Positions 56,647 through 64,000 of a DNA stretch of 64,000 bases are shown here, in pieces (the stretch's first letter is position 1; each line of letters opens with the position of its first letter). The notes below the pieces were generated by a model. The model saw nothing but the letters and a program-made list of their open reading frames with translations. It made no database searches and was not told the origin of the DNA. Both the position numbers and the translations under genes were made by a program. Source of the DNA: Thermoanaerobaculia bacterium (GTDB lineage Bacteria; Acidobacteriota; Thermoanaerobaculia; Gp7-AA8). The stretch spans positions 87 through 64,086 of the forward strand of contig DATELQ010000048.1 in the NCBI GenBank assembly GCA_035276475.1. Direction: 5' to 3'.

Positions 56647-57686
56647 TGACGACTGTCCATATTCCAGTTAATCCGTTCACTACAGATACTGCAAGGTTGT
56701 CGGTAGCAAAAATCATCGATCGTGACGCGGAACTGTTGAAGCTGCGCGAAGCGCTTTTGCTGCATCGCGAGAACGTGCTTGTGGTTGGTGAAAGCGGGAT
56801 CGGCAAAACGTGTTTGTTGCGTAAGTTCAGAAACGAATTGCAGGCGCAGAACGCCGTTTCCATTCTCATGGTCGAGATTGGCCCGGATGCATTGTCGGAG
56901 GGGGCGTCGAAGTTTCTCGCGAACGTAACGCTCCGTATCTTCAGCGCGGCGGCAGCTCGGCTCTTCAACTTATCGCCGTCCGCACTGCTTACCGGCTTAA
57001 TGTCGGAGATGGATATTACCAGGCGTACCAAAAGCAAGCTAAATCACTTCCTGAAGCTGTTCGCACTCATTAGGCCCGATGTTACGAAACTCACAATCAG
57101 TCGCACGAATGATGCGGGGGTATCTTTTGGCGCGTCCGTCAAGCTTGCCGAGACGATGTCGACCACGCGCGACGTCGGTGGGCTGTCGTCGTTCGAGTTC
57201 ATGGAGCTGACGGCCGAACTACTTCAGATCCTCGCACAAGACGGCATCACACAAGTGGTCGTTTTCGGGGACGAAGCAAATCATTTGAAACCCGAAACAG
57301 AGGTCGAACTGATCTTGCACAATTTAGAAGCTTTCGCGGAGAGGAACGTTTTGTTCGTGCTCACCATGAGACCTGATTTGCTCCGTGCCACATCCGCGCT
57401 CCACGCCGCCTTCCCCTCGCTATGCGAAGTGGCTGCATTCAGCTACGAGAAGCTCGAGGAGTTACTTCGAGCATATGCCTTATGTGAATGCTCGGCCACG
57501 CACGTCAGCTTCAGCGAATCGATCGCTCAAGAGGTCCTTCAGGTTTCGCAGGGCCATCCACGGCAGGTTCAGATTCTAGGGCAGAAAATGTGGGCACGGG
57601 CGTTCGCCGCCGAGCGTGCGATTGCGACGGTTGAAGACCTACTCCACGCGATCCGGGAAGTCTATACATTGTCGCCCAGGCTGTAA
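56646..57686 (+). CDS. P-loop NTPase, AAA_16/Orc1-Cdc6/STAND-like (islet gene 2)
   Basis: IDRDAELLKLREALL...VLVVGESGIGKTCLLRKF (Walker A) and VVVFGDEANHL (Walker B). About 346 aa with no effector domain. Confidence 0.8.
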   Translation: MTTVHIPVNPFTTDTARLSVAKIIDRDAELLKLREALLLHRENVLVVGESGIGKTCLLRKFRNELQAQNAVSILMVEIGPDALSEGASKFLANVTLRIFSAAAARLFNLSPSALLTGLMSEMDITRRTKSKLNHFLKLFALIRPDVTKLTISRTNDAGVSFGASVKLAETMSTTRDVGGLSSFEFMELTAELLQILAQDGITQVVVFGDEANHLKPETEVELILHNLEAFAERNVLFVLTMRPDLLRATSALHAAFPSLCEVAAFSYEKLEELLRAYALCECSATHVSFSESIAQEVLQVSQGHPRQVQILGQKMWARAFAAERAIATVEDLLHAIREVYTLSPRL

Positions 57687-57701
57687 CCGGTCCCATTGAC
57701 C

Positions 57702-57834
57702 CGTGAAGCGGACGGCACGGGCAAGTCGAGCGGAGGAGCTGGTGGAGACGTCGCTCGCGGCGATCTCGAACCTCGGGCCCGGCGCCACGCCGCTGCGGGA
57801 GCTGGCGGTGCTGGTGCGCGACCGCGTCAGGTGA
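57702..57834 (+). pseudogene. Decayed duplicate of the polyprenyl synthase 3' end (right direct repeat)
   Basis: Same sequence as 54872..55013 with a 10-nt deletion, a 1-nt insertion and point changes. An in-frame TGA lies just upstream (57697) and there is no start codon. Abuts the queA stop. Confidence 0.8.
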
Positions 57835-58564
57835 TCAGCATGCTGTCGCCGAAGAGGTCGAAGCGATAGCGGCGGCGAACGAGCTGGCGATACGCCGTCA
57901 GCGTCAGTTCCTTTCCCGCGAAAGCGACGACCATGGCCAGGTGGCTCGATCGCGGCTGGTGGAGGTTCGTGAGCATGGCGTCGACGATGCGGAAGCGGTA
58001 ACCCGGATGGATATAGAGGTCCGTCCAGCCGCTGCCGGGCCGCGCTTTCGTCGCTTCGAGCGTGCGCACGACGGTGGTTCCCACCGCCACCACCCGCCCG
58101 CCGCGGCGGCGCGCGGCGAGGATGGCGCGCGAGGCCGCGGGGGTGACTTCGTACCACTCGGCCGGGACTTCGTGCTCTTCGAGGCGCTTCGTCCGGATGT
58201 CGCGGTATTGACTGAGCTCGGTGAGGCCGATGTGCAGCGTGATCGCGGCGACCTCCACGCCCTTCGCGCGCAGGCGGTCGAGGAGGTCGGTCGTGAAGTG
58301 CAGGCCGGCCGAGGGGATCTCCAGCGAGCCGGGCTTCGTCGCGTAGACGCTGCGGTAGCGCTCCGACTTGCGCTTCATGTTGCGGTGCTGCGGCGCGAAG
58401 CGGTGGCCGAAGCGCTCGAGCAGCGGCACGAAGTCGCCGTCGTGTTCGAAGCGCGCCAGCCAGAGGTCGTCGACGCTCGGCGCGCGTCGCCCGCCCGGAA
58501 GCCGCCCCGGCACGAAGCTGATGAGACGGCGCGGCAGACGGAAGTCGAGCTCCGCGGTGTCCAT
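57827..58564 (-). CDS. queA: S-adenosylmethionine:tRNA ribosyltransferase-isomerase, unusually short form
   Basis: Conserved QueA blocks: RYRSVYA, SAGLHFT, ITLHIGL, VAVGTTVVRTLE, NLHQPRSS, YRFDLFGDSMLI. Only 245 aa. Confidence 0.7.
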   Translation of the reverse strand: MDTAELDFRLPRRLISFVPGRLPGGRRAPSVDDLWLARFEHDGDFVPLLERFGHRFAPQHRNMKRKSERYRSVYATKPGSLEIPSAGLHFTTDLLDRLRAKGVEVAAITLHIGLTELSQYRDIRTKRLEEHEVPAEWYEVTPAASRAILAARRRGGRVVAVGTTVVRTLEATKARPGSGWTDLYIHPGYRFRIVDAMLTNLHQPRSSHLAMVVAFAGKELTLTAYRQLVRRRYRFDLFGDSMLIT

Positions 58565-58648
58565 AAGGGTATTGTTGCCGATTTCCGCCGTGGAATGTCC
58601 CGGAGGGAACTGTGTTATCTTCCCGCGCCGCAGTTGCCTGCCTCGTAA

Positions 58649-58724
<76 letters not shown>

Positions 58725-58738
58725 CCGAGTCGATCGAG

Positions 58739-59095
58739 CTAGTGACGACCGCTGCGATGCAGCGGCTTCGTGCCGGTCTTCTTAGTCTCCGGATTCACAT
58801 TTCCCTTTGTCGACCAGTTGTCGCTCTTCGTGTCATTCGCACGCGTTCGATTGTGAGGCTCGACGCGCGTCCCTTTCTTCGTGACATAGCCGTTCACGTG
58901 GACCTTGTCGGGGGTGCTTGTTCTCGTGCCGTGGACCTGTTTGTGGCCGCTTCCGTGTGCGCCGCCGCCTCGGGTGTGACCGTTGCCTCGGGTATGACCG
59001 CCGCCGCGGCGGCCGCCTCCATGTCCGCCGCGCGCGAACGCGGGAACGGCAATCAAGACGATCGACATCAGGCATGCGGCGAGTGCTTTGGTCAT
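58739..59095 (-). CDS. Small secreted Gly/His/Lys-rich protein
   Basis: Signal peptide (LMSIVLIAVPAFA), then GGHGGGRRGGGHTRGNGHTRGGGAHGSGH. Confidence 0.5.
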   Translation of the reverse strand: MTKALAACLMSIVLIAVPAFARGGHGGGRRGGGHTRGNGHTRGGGAHGSGHKQVHGTRTSTPDKVHVNGYVTKKGTRVEPHNRTRANDTKSDNWSTKGNVNPETKKTGTKPLHRSGRH

Positions 59096-59185
59096 GGTCT
59101 TTCCTCCATGAGGAGGTAGACACCGCGGCGTGACTTTTGTGGCTGCGATTGGGAAGGGAAAACCTCCGCCGCGTCACTCCTAGGA

Positions 59186-60565
59186 GTGAGGGACCCCATG
59201 CCTCGCTATCGCGTGACCATCGCCGGCAAAACCTACGATGCCATGGCGGATCTCGTCCGACGGCACCGGCTCGGCATTGCCGGCCATACGGGCAAGAAGG
59301 CCCGCCGCGGCTACGTCGTCGACGCCTTTGCCGACTCTGCGCAAATCGAGGCGCTGAAGTCCGCCGGCTATCAGGTCGACGTGCACGAAGACGTACGTGA
59401 AGCGGGCGGGCGGCGGCAGGCGGAGGTCCGGTCCTTGGCTGTGCATGCCGCGGCTGCGCCGGGCGGCGTTGCCGCGGCGAATCAATACCTCAATGTCGAC
59501 GACGTCGAGAGCTCGCTGGGGAGGCTGGCCGGCGGGCCCAATGGTGCGTTCACAGAGCTCATTTCACTTCCCAATACGACGTGGGAAGGGCGGGCGTGCC
59601 ATGCTCTGCGCATCGGGAAAGGAAATCAGGGCGGGCGGCCGGGCATCTTCTTACTCGGAGGGATCCATGCCCGCGAATGGGGGAGCGCCGATATTCTGAT
59701 CAACTTCGTCGAGCAGCTTTGCGACGCGTTCCGCCTCCATACCGGCATCACCCTCGGCGGTATGAGCTTCACTGCGGCGCAAATCCAGGACATCGTCAAT
59801 GACAAGGACGTCTACGTTTTCCCGCAGGCGAATCCCGACGGCCGCCATTACAGTATGACGACGGCTCCCGATTGGCGCAAAAATCGGCGACCGGCGCCGG
59901 CGGGCAGCAGCGATCCGAACTGCGTCGGCGTGGATCTCAATCGCAACTACGATTTCCTTTGGAGATATACGACGCACTTCGCGCCCAACGCGCCGGTCGC
60001 GAACTCCACCGATCCTTGCGATCCCGAGGTTTATATCGGTCCGTCGGCGGTCTCGGAGCCGGAGACCAAGAACGTCGTATGGATGTTCGACCGCTTTCCC
60101 AATATCCGCTTCTTCGCCGACGTCCACAGTTACTCGGAAGACATTCTTTACAACTGGGGCGACGATCAGGATCAGAGCAAGCAACCGCAGAAGAATTTTC
60201 TCAACCCGGCATTCGACGGAAAGCGCGGCGTGGCCAACGACACCGCGTACAAGGAATTCATCCCGGCAGCGGACAAGACGGCAGCCGTCAAGCTTGCGAA
60301 AGAAATGCGCGCGGCAATCAAGGCCGTGCGCGGCCGCAATTACACCGTCATGCAGTCGATGAGCCTCTATCCAACCGCGGGAGCGTCGGACGATTACGCA
60401 TACAGCCGCCATCTCGCCGATCCCGCCAAGCCGAAAGTCTTTTCATACACAATCGAGTGGGGGAGCCCGGACAACGAGACGCCGTTCCATCCTCCCTATC
60501 CGGAGATGAAGCAGATCATCCGGGAGATCACGGCGGCACTGCTCCAGTTCTGTCTGCGCGCGTGA
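59186..60565 (+). CDS. M14-family zinc carboxypeptidase
   Basis: GGIHAREWGS (HxxE zinc site), GVDLNRNY, and a later His (ADVHSYS). An alternative start lies at ATG 59198. Confidence 0.8.
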   Translation: MRDPMPRYRVTIAGKTYDAMADLVRRHRLGIAGHTGKKARRGYVVDAFADSAQIEALKSAGYQVDVHEDVREAGGRRQAEVRSLAVHAAAAPGGVAAANQYLNVDDVESSLGRLAGGPNGAFTELISLPNTTWEGRACHALRIGKGNQGGRPGIFLLGGIHAREWGSADILINFVEQLCDAFRLHTGITLGGMSFTAAQIQDIVNDKDVYVFPQANPDGRHYSMTTAPDWRKNRRPAPAGSSDPNCVGVDLNRNYDFLWRYTTHFAPNAPVANSTDPCDPEVYIGPSAVSEPETKNVVWMFDRFPNIRFFADVHSYSEDILYNWGDDQDQSKQPQKNFLNPAFDGKRGVANDTAYKEFIPAADKTAAVKLAKEMRAAIKAVRGRNYTVMQSMSLYPTAGASDDYAYSRHLADPAKPKVFSYTIEWGSPDNETPFHPPYPEMKQIIREITAALLQFCLRA

Positions 60566-60570
60566 CGCGT

Positions 60571-60807
60571 CTACATCGTCAACCGCTCAATGTCCGCGAC
60601 GACCGACTCGCTCGGGCCTTTGCCGATCATCACGTTGAGCATGGGTCGGATGTCTTCGATGAGCCTGGGGACGTGCGCGGCGGTCAAGTGCTCCTGATCG
60701 GGGACGCCGACCTTCTTCGCGAACGAGCGGAGGGTCATCTTGGCCACGTGCGGCCCGAGGTGGACGGACAGCTTGGAGAGCACCGTTTCGGCGATCGGCT
60801 CAGGCAT
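60571..60807 (-). CDS. Small hypothetical protein
   Basis: Overlaps the upstream 7-TM gene end by 8 nt. No motif recognised. Confidence 0.4.
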   Translation of the reverse strand: MPEPIAETVLSKLSVHLGPHVAKMTLRSFAKKVGVPDQEHLTAAHVPRLIEDIRPMLNVMIGKGPSESVVADIERLTM

Positions 60808-61504
60808 CGGCGCTCGCTCCTTTCATGGCCCGATGCGCGGCGAACGACTGCGTCGCGGCCGCAGCGGCGTTGAACATCGTGGCCACGGCCACGCCGGCCG
60901 TGCGGATCAGGCGCAGCGCGTCGGCGCCGCCGCCGAACGCGCCGGCGATCGACGTCGCGCCGGTATTGATCATCCATCCGACGACCGAGACGGCCAGAAA
61001 GCCGAAGATCCAGGAGAGCCGGCCGCCGCGCAGCGCCAGCGTACTCATGGCCAACGGGGCGATGAGGGTAAAGGTGATGACGTCGGCGAGCACGGAGATC
61101 AGCGCGCCGGGCTGCAGCGAACCGGAACGGAGTGCCTGCCACTGCGCCAGGAGCGAGACATGGCAGAGCGCGATCGCCACCGCCAGCGCCGCCGCCGTCA
61201 GGAGGATCCGCTTCGCCGCCGACATCAGGTATCCGATCCCCGCGGCGGAGAGCACGCGCGCCATCAGCCAGTACGCGGCGATCTGTGCGAGGTTCGCGGC
61301 GATCAGCGTGGCGTTCAGCGCCAGCGTGGCGTCGGGCGCGGCGCGGCGGAGGACGTAGTTGACGAGGAGAAGCAGAAACTCGAGCGAGAAGAGCGCCCAG
61401 GCCCGGCCGAGGTGCTCGTGCCACCAGGCGAACTTCGCCGCCGCCGTGCCGGCTGCGACCGCAGCGAGCGCGTAGAGAACGATTCGGACGAGGAAGAACG
61501 ACAT
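60800..61504 (-). CDS. Hypothetical 7-TM membrane protein
   Basis: Seven hydrophobic segments by eye. No recognised family. Confidence 0.6.
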   Translation of the reverse strand: MSFFLVRIVLYALAAVAAGTAAAKFAWWHEHLGRAWALFSLEFLLLLVNYVLRRAAPDATLALNATLIAANLAQIAAYWLMARVLSAAGIGYLMSAAKRILLTAAALAVAIALCHVSLLAQWQALRSGSLQPGALISVLADVITFTLIAPLAMSTLALRGGRLSWIFGFLAVSVVGWMINTGATSIAGAFGGGADALRLIRTAGVAVATMFNAAAAATQSFAAHRAMKGASADA

Positions 61505-61575
61505 CTCGCCATCATAGATGAACGATGCCGTTCACGCATGGGGGGGTAGTCGGCGCCGCCGATGCGAGAGTGCAT

Positions 61576-61882
61576 GTCCATGGACGTTCAAACGCGTCGG
61601 ACGAGCGCATTCTCCGGCGCTGCGGACGCACGATTGCGTCGGGATCACGGAAGCGCGCAATCCATGGACATTTTCGTCGTCGATTCGCGTCCGCGTTCGG
61701 CATCCATGGACGTTGGATCGCGTGTGCGACCTCCGTCAACGCAATCCATGGACGTTCGAATGCTTCGACGAGCTCAGTTTCTGATGCTTTCGGACGCGCG
61801 ATTGCGTTGGAATCGCACAAACACGACATCCATGGACGTTTAAATGTGATCCGGCGTCAGATTCACGACATCCATGGACATT
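61576..61882 (+). repeat. Phased array of six 13-bp motifs RTCCATGGACRTT (42-bp register)
   Basis: Copies start at 61576, 61660, 61702, 61744, 61828 and 61870. Spacings are 84, 42, 42, 84 and 42. Degenerate GGACG-containing units occupy the skipped registers at 61618 and 61786. Confidence 0.85.
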
Positions 61883-61926
61883 TAATCGATACCGGAGGAC
61901 AACCTCGTGCGTCGTATTGATGAATC

Positions 61927-62169
61927 ATGACGCTACGACGTGGCATCGATCGAGACGCAGCACGCTTCGGCGCGATCGTTCGACGTCTGCGCGAGAAGAA
62001 AGGCTGGACTCTCGTTCAGTTCGGACGAAAAGCCGACATGCATCCCTCGTATCTCAGCACTCTCGAACGGGGAGCCAACACGCCGTCGCTGACGTGCATC
62101 CTTCATTTGGCAAAAGTCTTCGACGTCGAGGCGTGGACGATCATTGCGGAGATTGAAGGTCTGTCGTAG
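61927..62169 (+). CDS. XRE-family helix-turn-helix transcriptional regulator
   Basis: LREKKGWTLVQFGRKADMHPSYLSTLERGANTPSL is a typical HTH_3 core. 80 aa. Confidence 0.8.
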   Translation: MTLRRGIDRDAARFGAIVRRLREKKGWTLVQFGRKADMHPSYLSTLERGANTPSLTCILHLAKVFDVEAWTIIAEIEGLS

Positions 62170-62752
62170 CCTGCAATCGAATCAACGCCCCATTGACGCT
62201 CGCCCCGGCATCGGACAAAAGAAACCCGATCGTCTCCGCCACCCGTTCCAGCGGCACGCGCGGGGCGTCGGGCATCGCTTTGCGCGAAGCGGGCGTGTCG
62301 AGCGTTCCGGGGAGGAGGGCGTTCGCGGTGATCGGCGTTCCGGCGAGCTCCGCGGCGGTCATCTCGATCAGGGCGTTGAGCGCGGTCTTCGACACCACGT
62401 ACGCCGCGGCGCCGGCGGACTTCGTGATCGTCGCCTCGGAGCTGATGGCGACGATGCGGCCAGGTTGGTCGCGGCGCATGGCGGCGAGCGTCGCGCGGAT
62501 GGCGCGGAAGGCGAGCGTGAGATTGAGCGACATCATTCGGTCCCACGTTTCCGCTGAGATTCCGCCCGCGTAGCCGCCGGCCATGTGCACGAGGCCGTAC
62601 GGCGCGCCGTTTCTGGCGACGGCGGCGCGGAGCGTTTCGTCGGTTGCGAAGTCGTCGCGGCCGAGGAGCACGCAGTCGTAGTCGCGCGCGAGGCGCCCCA
62701 CGACCGTCGTGCCGAGGCCGCCGGTGCCGCCGGTGACGATCAGCGTTTTCAT
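62141..62752 (-). CDS. Short-chain dehydrogenase/reductase (SDR)
   Basis: TGGTGGLG cofactor motif and YVVSK catalytic motif. Confidence 0.8.
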   Translation of the reverse strand: MKTLIVTGGTGGLGTTVVGRLARDYDCVLLGRDDFATDETLRAAVARNGAPYGLVHMAGGYAGGISAETWDRMMSLNLTLAFRAIRATLAAMRRDQPGRIVAISSEATITKSAGAAAYVVSKTALNALIEMTAAELAGTPITANALLPGTLDTPASRKAMPDAPRVPLERVAETIGFLLSDAGASVNGALIRLQATTDLQSPQ

Positions 62753-64000
62753 GCGAGGCTCATCGTAACGCGCAAAATCTCACCGACGCTCCACGCCTGG
62801 GCGATGCAGCCGCGCGGGTGGTGGGGTGGGGCGCCGTCGAAAATCTCGGGGATGCTGCCGGACGACCAGTCGATGCCGCTCAAGATTTGCCGCGCCTCGG
62901 CGCGGCCGGCGTCGCCGCGCACGCGCACGAGCGCGTCGATGTACGCGCCGAGGAGCCACGGCCAGACCGTGCCCTGATGGTAGGCGGCGTCGCGCTCGCG
63001 CGGACCGCCGATGTACGTCCCGACGAAGCGCGGATCGCGCGGCGACAGCGTGCGGAGGCCAGCGGGGGTGAGGAGATGCTCTTCGACGACGGCGAGGACG
63101 CTCGCGGCGTCGGCGCCGTCGAGAAGCGGGAAGGGGAGGCCGATGGCGAAGATCTGATTGGGGCGGATGCTCGCGTCACCCATGACGTCGTCGAGATACT
63201 GGCCGTTCCAGAACACCTCGCGGAAGCGAGTGCGCACGCGCGCGGCGCGGTCGCGCAGAAGAGCGCTGTCGTCGAGTGCCGCGAGAATCGACAGCGCGTT
63301 GAACCAAAGCGCGTTGATCTCCACCGCTTTGCCGTTGCGCGGCGTGACCACCCAGTCGCCGACCTTCGCGTCCATCCAGGTCAGCTGATCGCCGGCGGCG
63401 CCGGCGACGAGCAGCCCGTCATTGTCTTCGTGAATGTTGTGGCGCGTGCCGCGCGTGTGCCACGCCACGATGTCGCGCAACACGGGGAGCAGCACCTCGC
63501 GCACGAATGCCTCGTCGCCCGTCGCTTCGAGGTAGCGCCACGCCGCGACGAAGAACCAGAGCGTGGCGTCGGCGGTGTTGTACTCCGGCGGCTCGCCGCC
63601 GTCGGGGAAGCGATTCGGCAGCATCCCTTCGCTCACGCACTCCGCGTATGCGCGGAGGATCCGCCGCGCGTCGTCGAAGCGGCCGGTGGCGAGGCAGAGG
63701 CCGGGAAGGGCGATCATCGTGTCGCGTCCCCAGTCGGTGAACCAGTGATAGCCGGCGATGATCGACCTTCCGTCCGCGCCGCGGCGGACGATGAATTGAT
63801 CGGCAGCGAGGTTCACGCCGTTGCGGCGCTGCCGCTCCGCGTCGAGGAGCGCGAGGCCGTCGCGGCCGCGCGGATCGTCGACCGAGGCGATCACGGCGAG
63901 CCGGCCCCCGGGCGACAGCGTGCGCGTGAGCGTCCCGGGCGTGAAGAGATCCTCGTGCGCCTCGAGGCCGCGCTCCTCTTCGATCGCGTATTCGAAGCGG
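62749..64000 (-). CDS. Glycogen debranching enzyme / amylo-alpha-1,6-glucosidase family (5' end outside window)
   Basis: GYHWFTDWGRDTMIALPGL, MLPNRFPD, and the (alpha/alpha)6-barrel layout. The frame stays open to the window edge upstream of the track start at 63894. Confidence 0.85.
   Translation of the reverse strand, partial: RFEYAIEEERGLEAHEDLFTPGTLTRTLSPGGRLAVIASVDDPRGRDGLALLDAERQRRNGVNLAADQFIVRRGADGRSIIAGYHWFTDWGRDTMIALPGLCLATGRFDDARRILRAYAECVSEGMLPNRFPDGGEPPEYNTADATLWFFVAAWRYLEATGDEAFVREVLLPVLRDIVAWHTRGTRHNIHEDNDGLLVAGAAGDQLTWMDAKVGDWVVTPRNGKAVEINALWFNALSILAALDDSALLRDRAARVRTRFREVFWNGQYLDDVMGDASIRPNQIFAIGLPFPLLDGADAASVLAVVEEHLLTPAGLRTLSPRDPRFVGTYIGGPRERDAAYHQGTVWPWLLGAYIDALVRVRGDAGRAEARQILSGIDWSSGSIPEIFDGAPPHHPRGCIAQAWSVGEILRVTMSLA

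Larger units (their letters stand above)
55014..57701. mobile_element. Low-GC 2.7 kb inserted islet (no recombinase gene)
   Basis: Bounded by the duplicated gene 3' end. My hand counts of two 120-nt samples inside gave 69/120 and 65/120 G+C, against 80/110 in the flanking repeat. Confidence 0.55.

Noticed and set aside
61576-61882. The same array read as a CRISPR locus
   Set aside because: The repeat is only 13 bp and contains a palindrome. Two registers hold unrelated degenerate units. No cas genes are in the window.
61525-61920. The 42-bp array read as a coding 14-aa repeat protein (IHGR repeats). ORFs are open in three plus frames and one minus frame
   Set aside because: The conserved 13-mer is identical at the nucleotide level, including at wobble positions, while the intervening 29 nt are unrelated. 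Third positions show no strong G/C bias, unlike real genes here. Several frames are open at once. DNA-level conservation fits better, though coding is not formally excluded.

Overview
High-GC (about 70% by eye) bacterial chromosomal segment with roughly 60 protein-coding genes and 2 tRNAs (Asp-GTC, Phe-GAA). I found no rRNA, CRISPR array, transposase or integrase. Genes are tightly packed, with many 1-4 nt start/stop overlaps (ATGA, GTGA, TGATG). The ORF track contains many Arg/Ala-rich antisense shadow ORFs typical of high GC, which I rejected. Gene content (two ECF sigma modules, an M16 peptidase pair, exported proteases) suggests a soil Acidobacteriota- or Gemmatimonadota-like organism, but the sequence alone does not establish this.

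Main contents, in order:
- 0-18 kb: a protease and cytoskeleton neighbourhood. An ECF sigma/anti-sigma pair sits 12 bp from a divergent operon encoding an exported TPR-CHAT protease and a metacaspase. Next to it is a three-gene operon: vWA-TM-FHA-like protein, tubulin-signature GTPase, and a degenerate tubulin-like paralogue with a TM hairpin. A third, membrane-anchored caspase-like protein is transcribed divergently from that operon.
- 21-26 kb: a 1712-aa secreted protein built from nine ~166-aa repeats of unrecognised type.
- 28-33 kb: three tandem HlyD-type adaptors plus a MacB-type permease, with no ATPase.
- 34-38 kb: a radical SAM gene followed by an M16 peptidase pair, behind a conspicuous AT-rich palindrome.
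- 44-47 kb: an ECF envelope-stress operon that ends in a motif-dead ABC ATPase and an orphan receiver.
- 51-54 kb: a chemoreceptor with a C-terminal family-5 solute-binding domain.
- 55.0-57.7 kb: a low-GC 2.7 kb islet inserted into the 3' end of a polyprenyl synthase gene. It is flanked by a diverged ~135-nt duplication of that gene end. It carries only an unknown 509-aa protein translationally coupled to a 346-aa P-loop ATPase. This is my best candidate for an undescribed (defence-like) system.
- 61.5-61.9 kb: a strictly 42-bp-phased array of a 13-bp CCATGG-centred motif next to an XRE regulator.

All family calls come from motif recognition by eye. No database search was possible.
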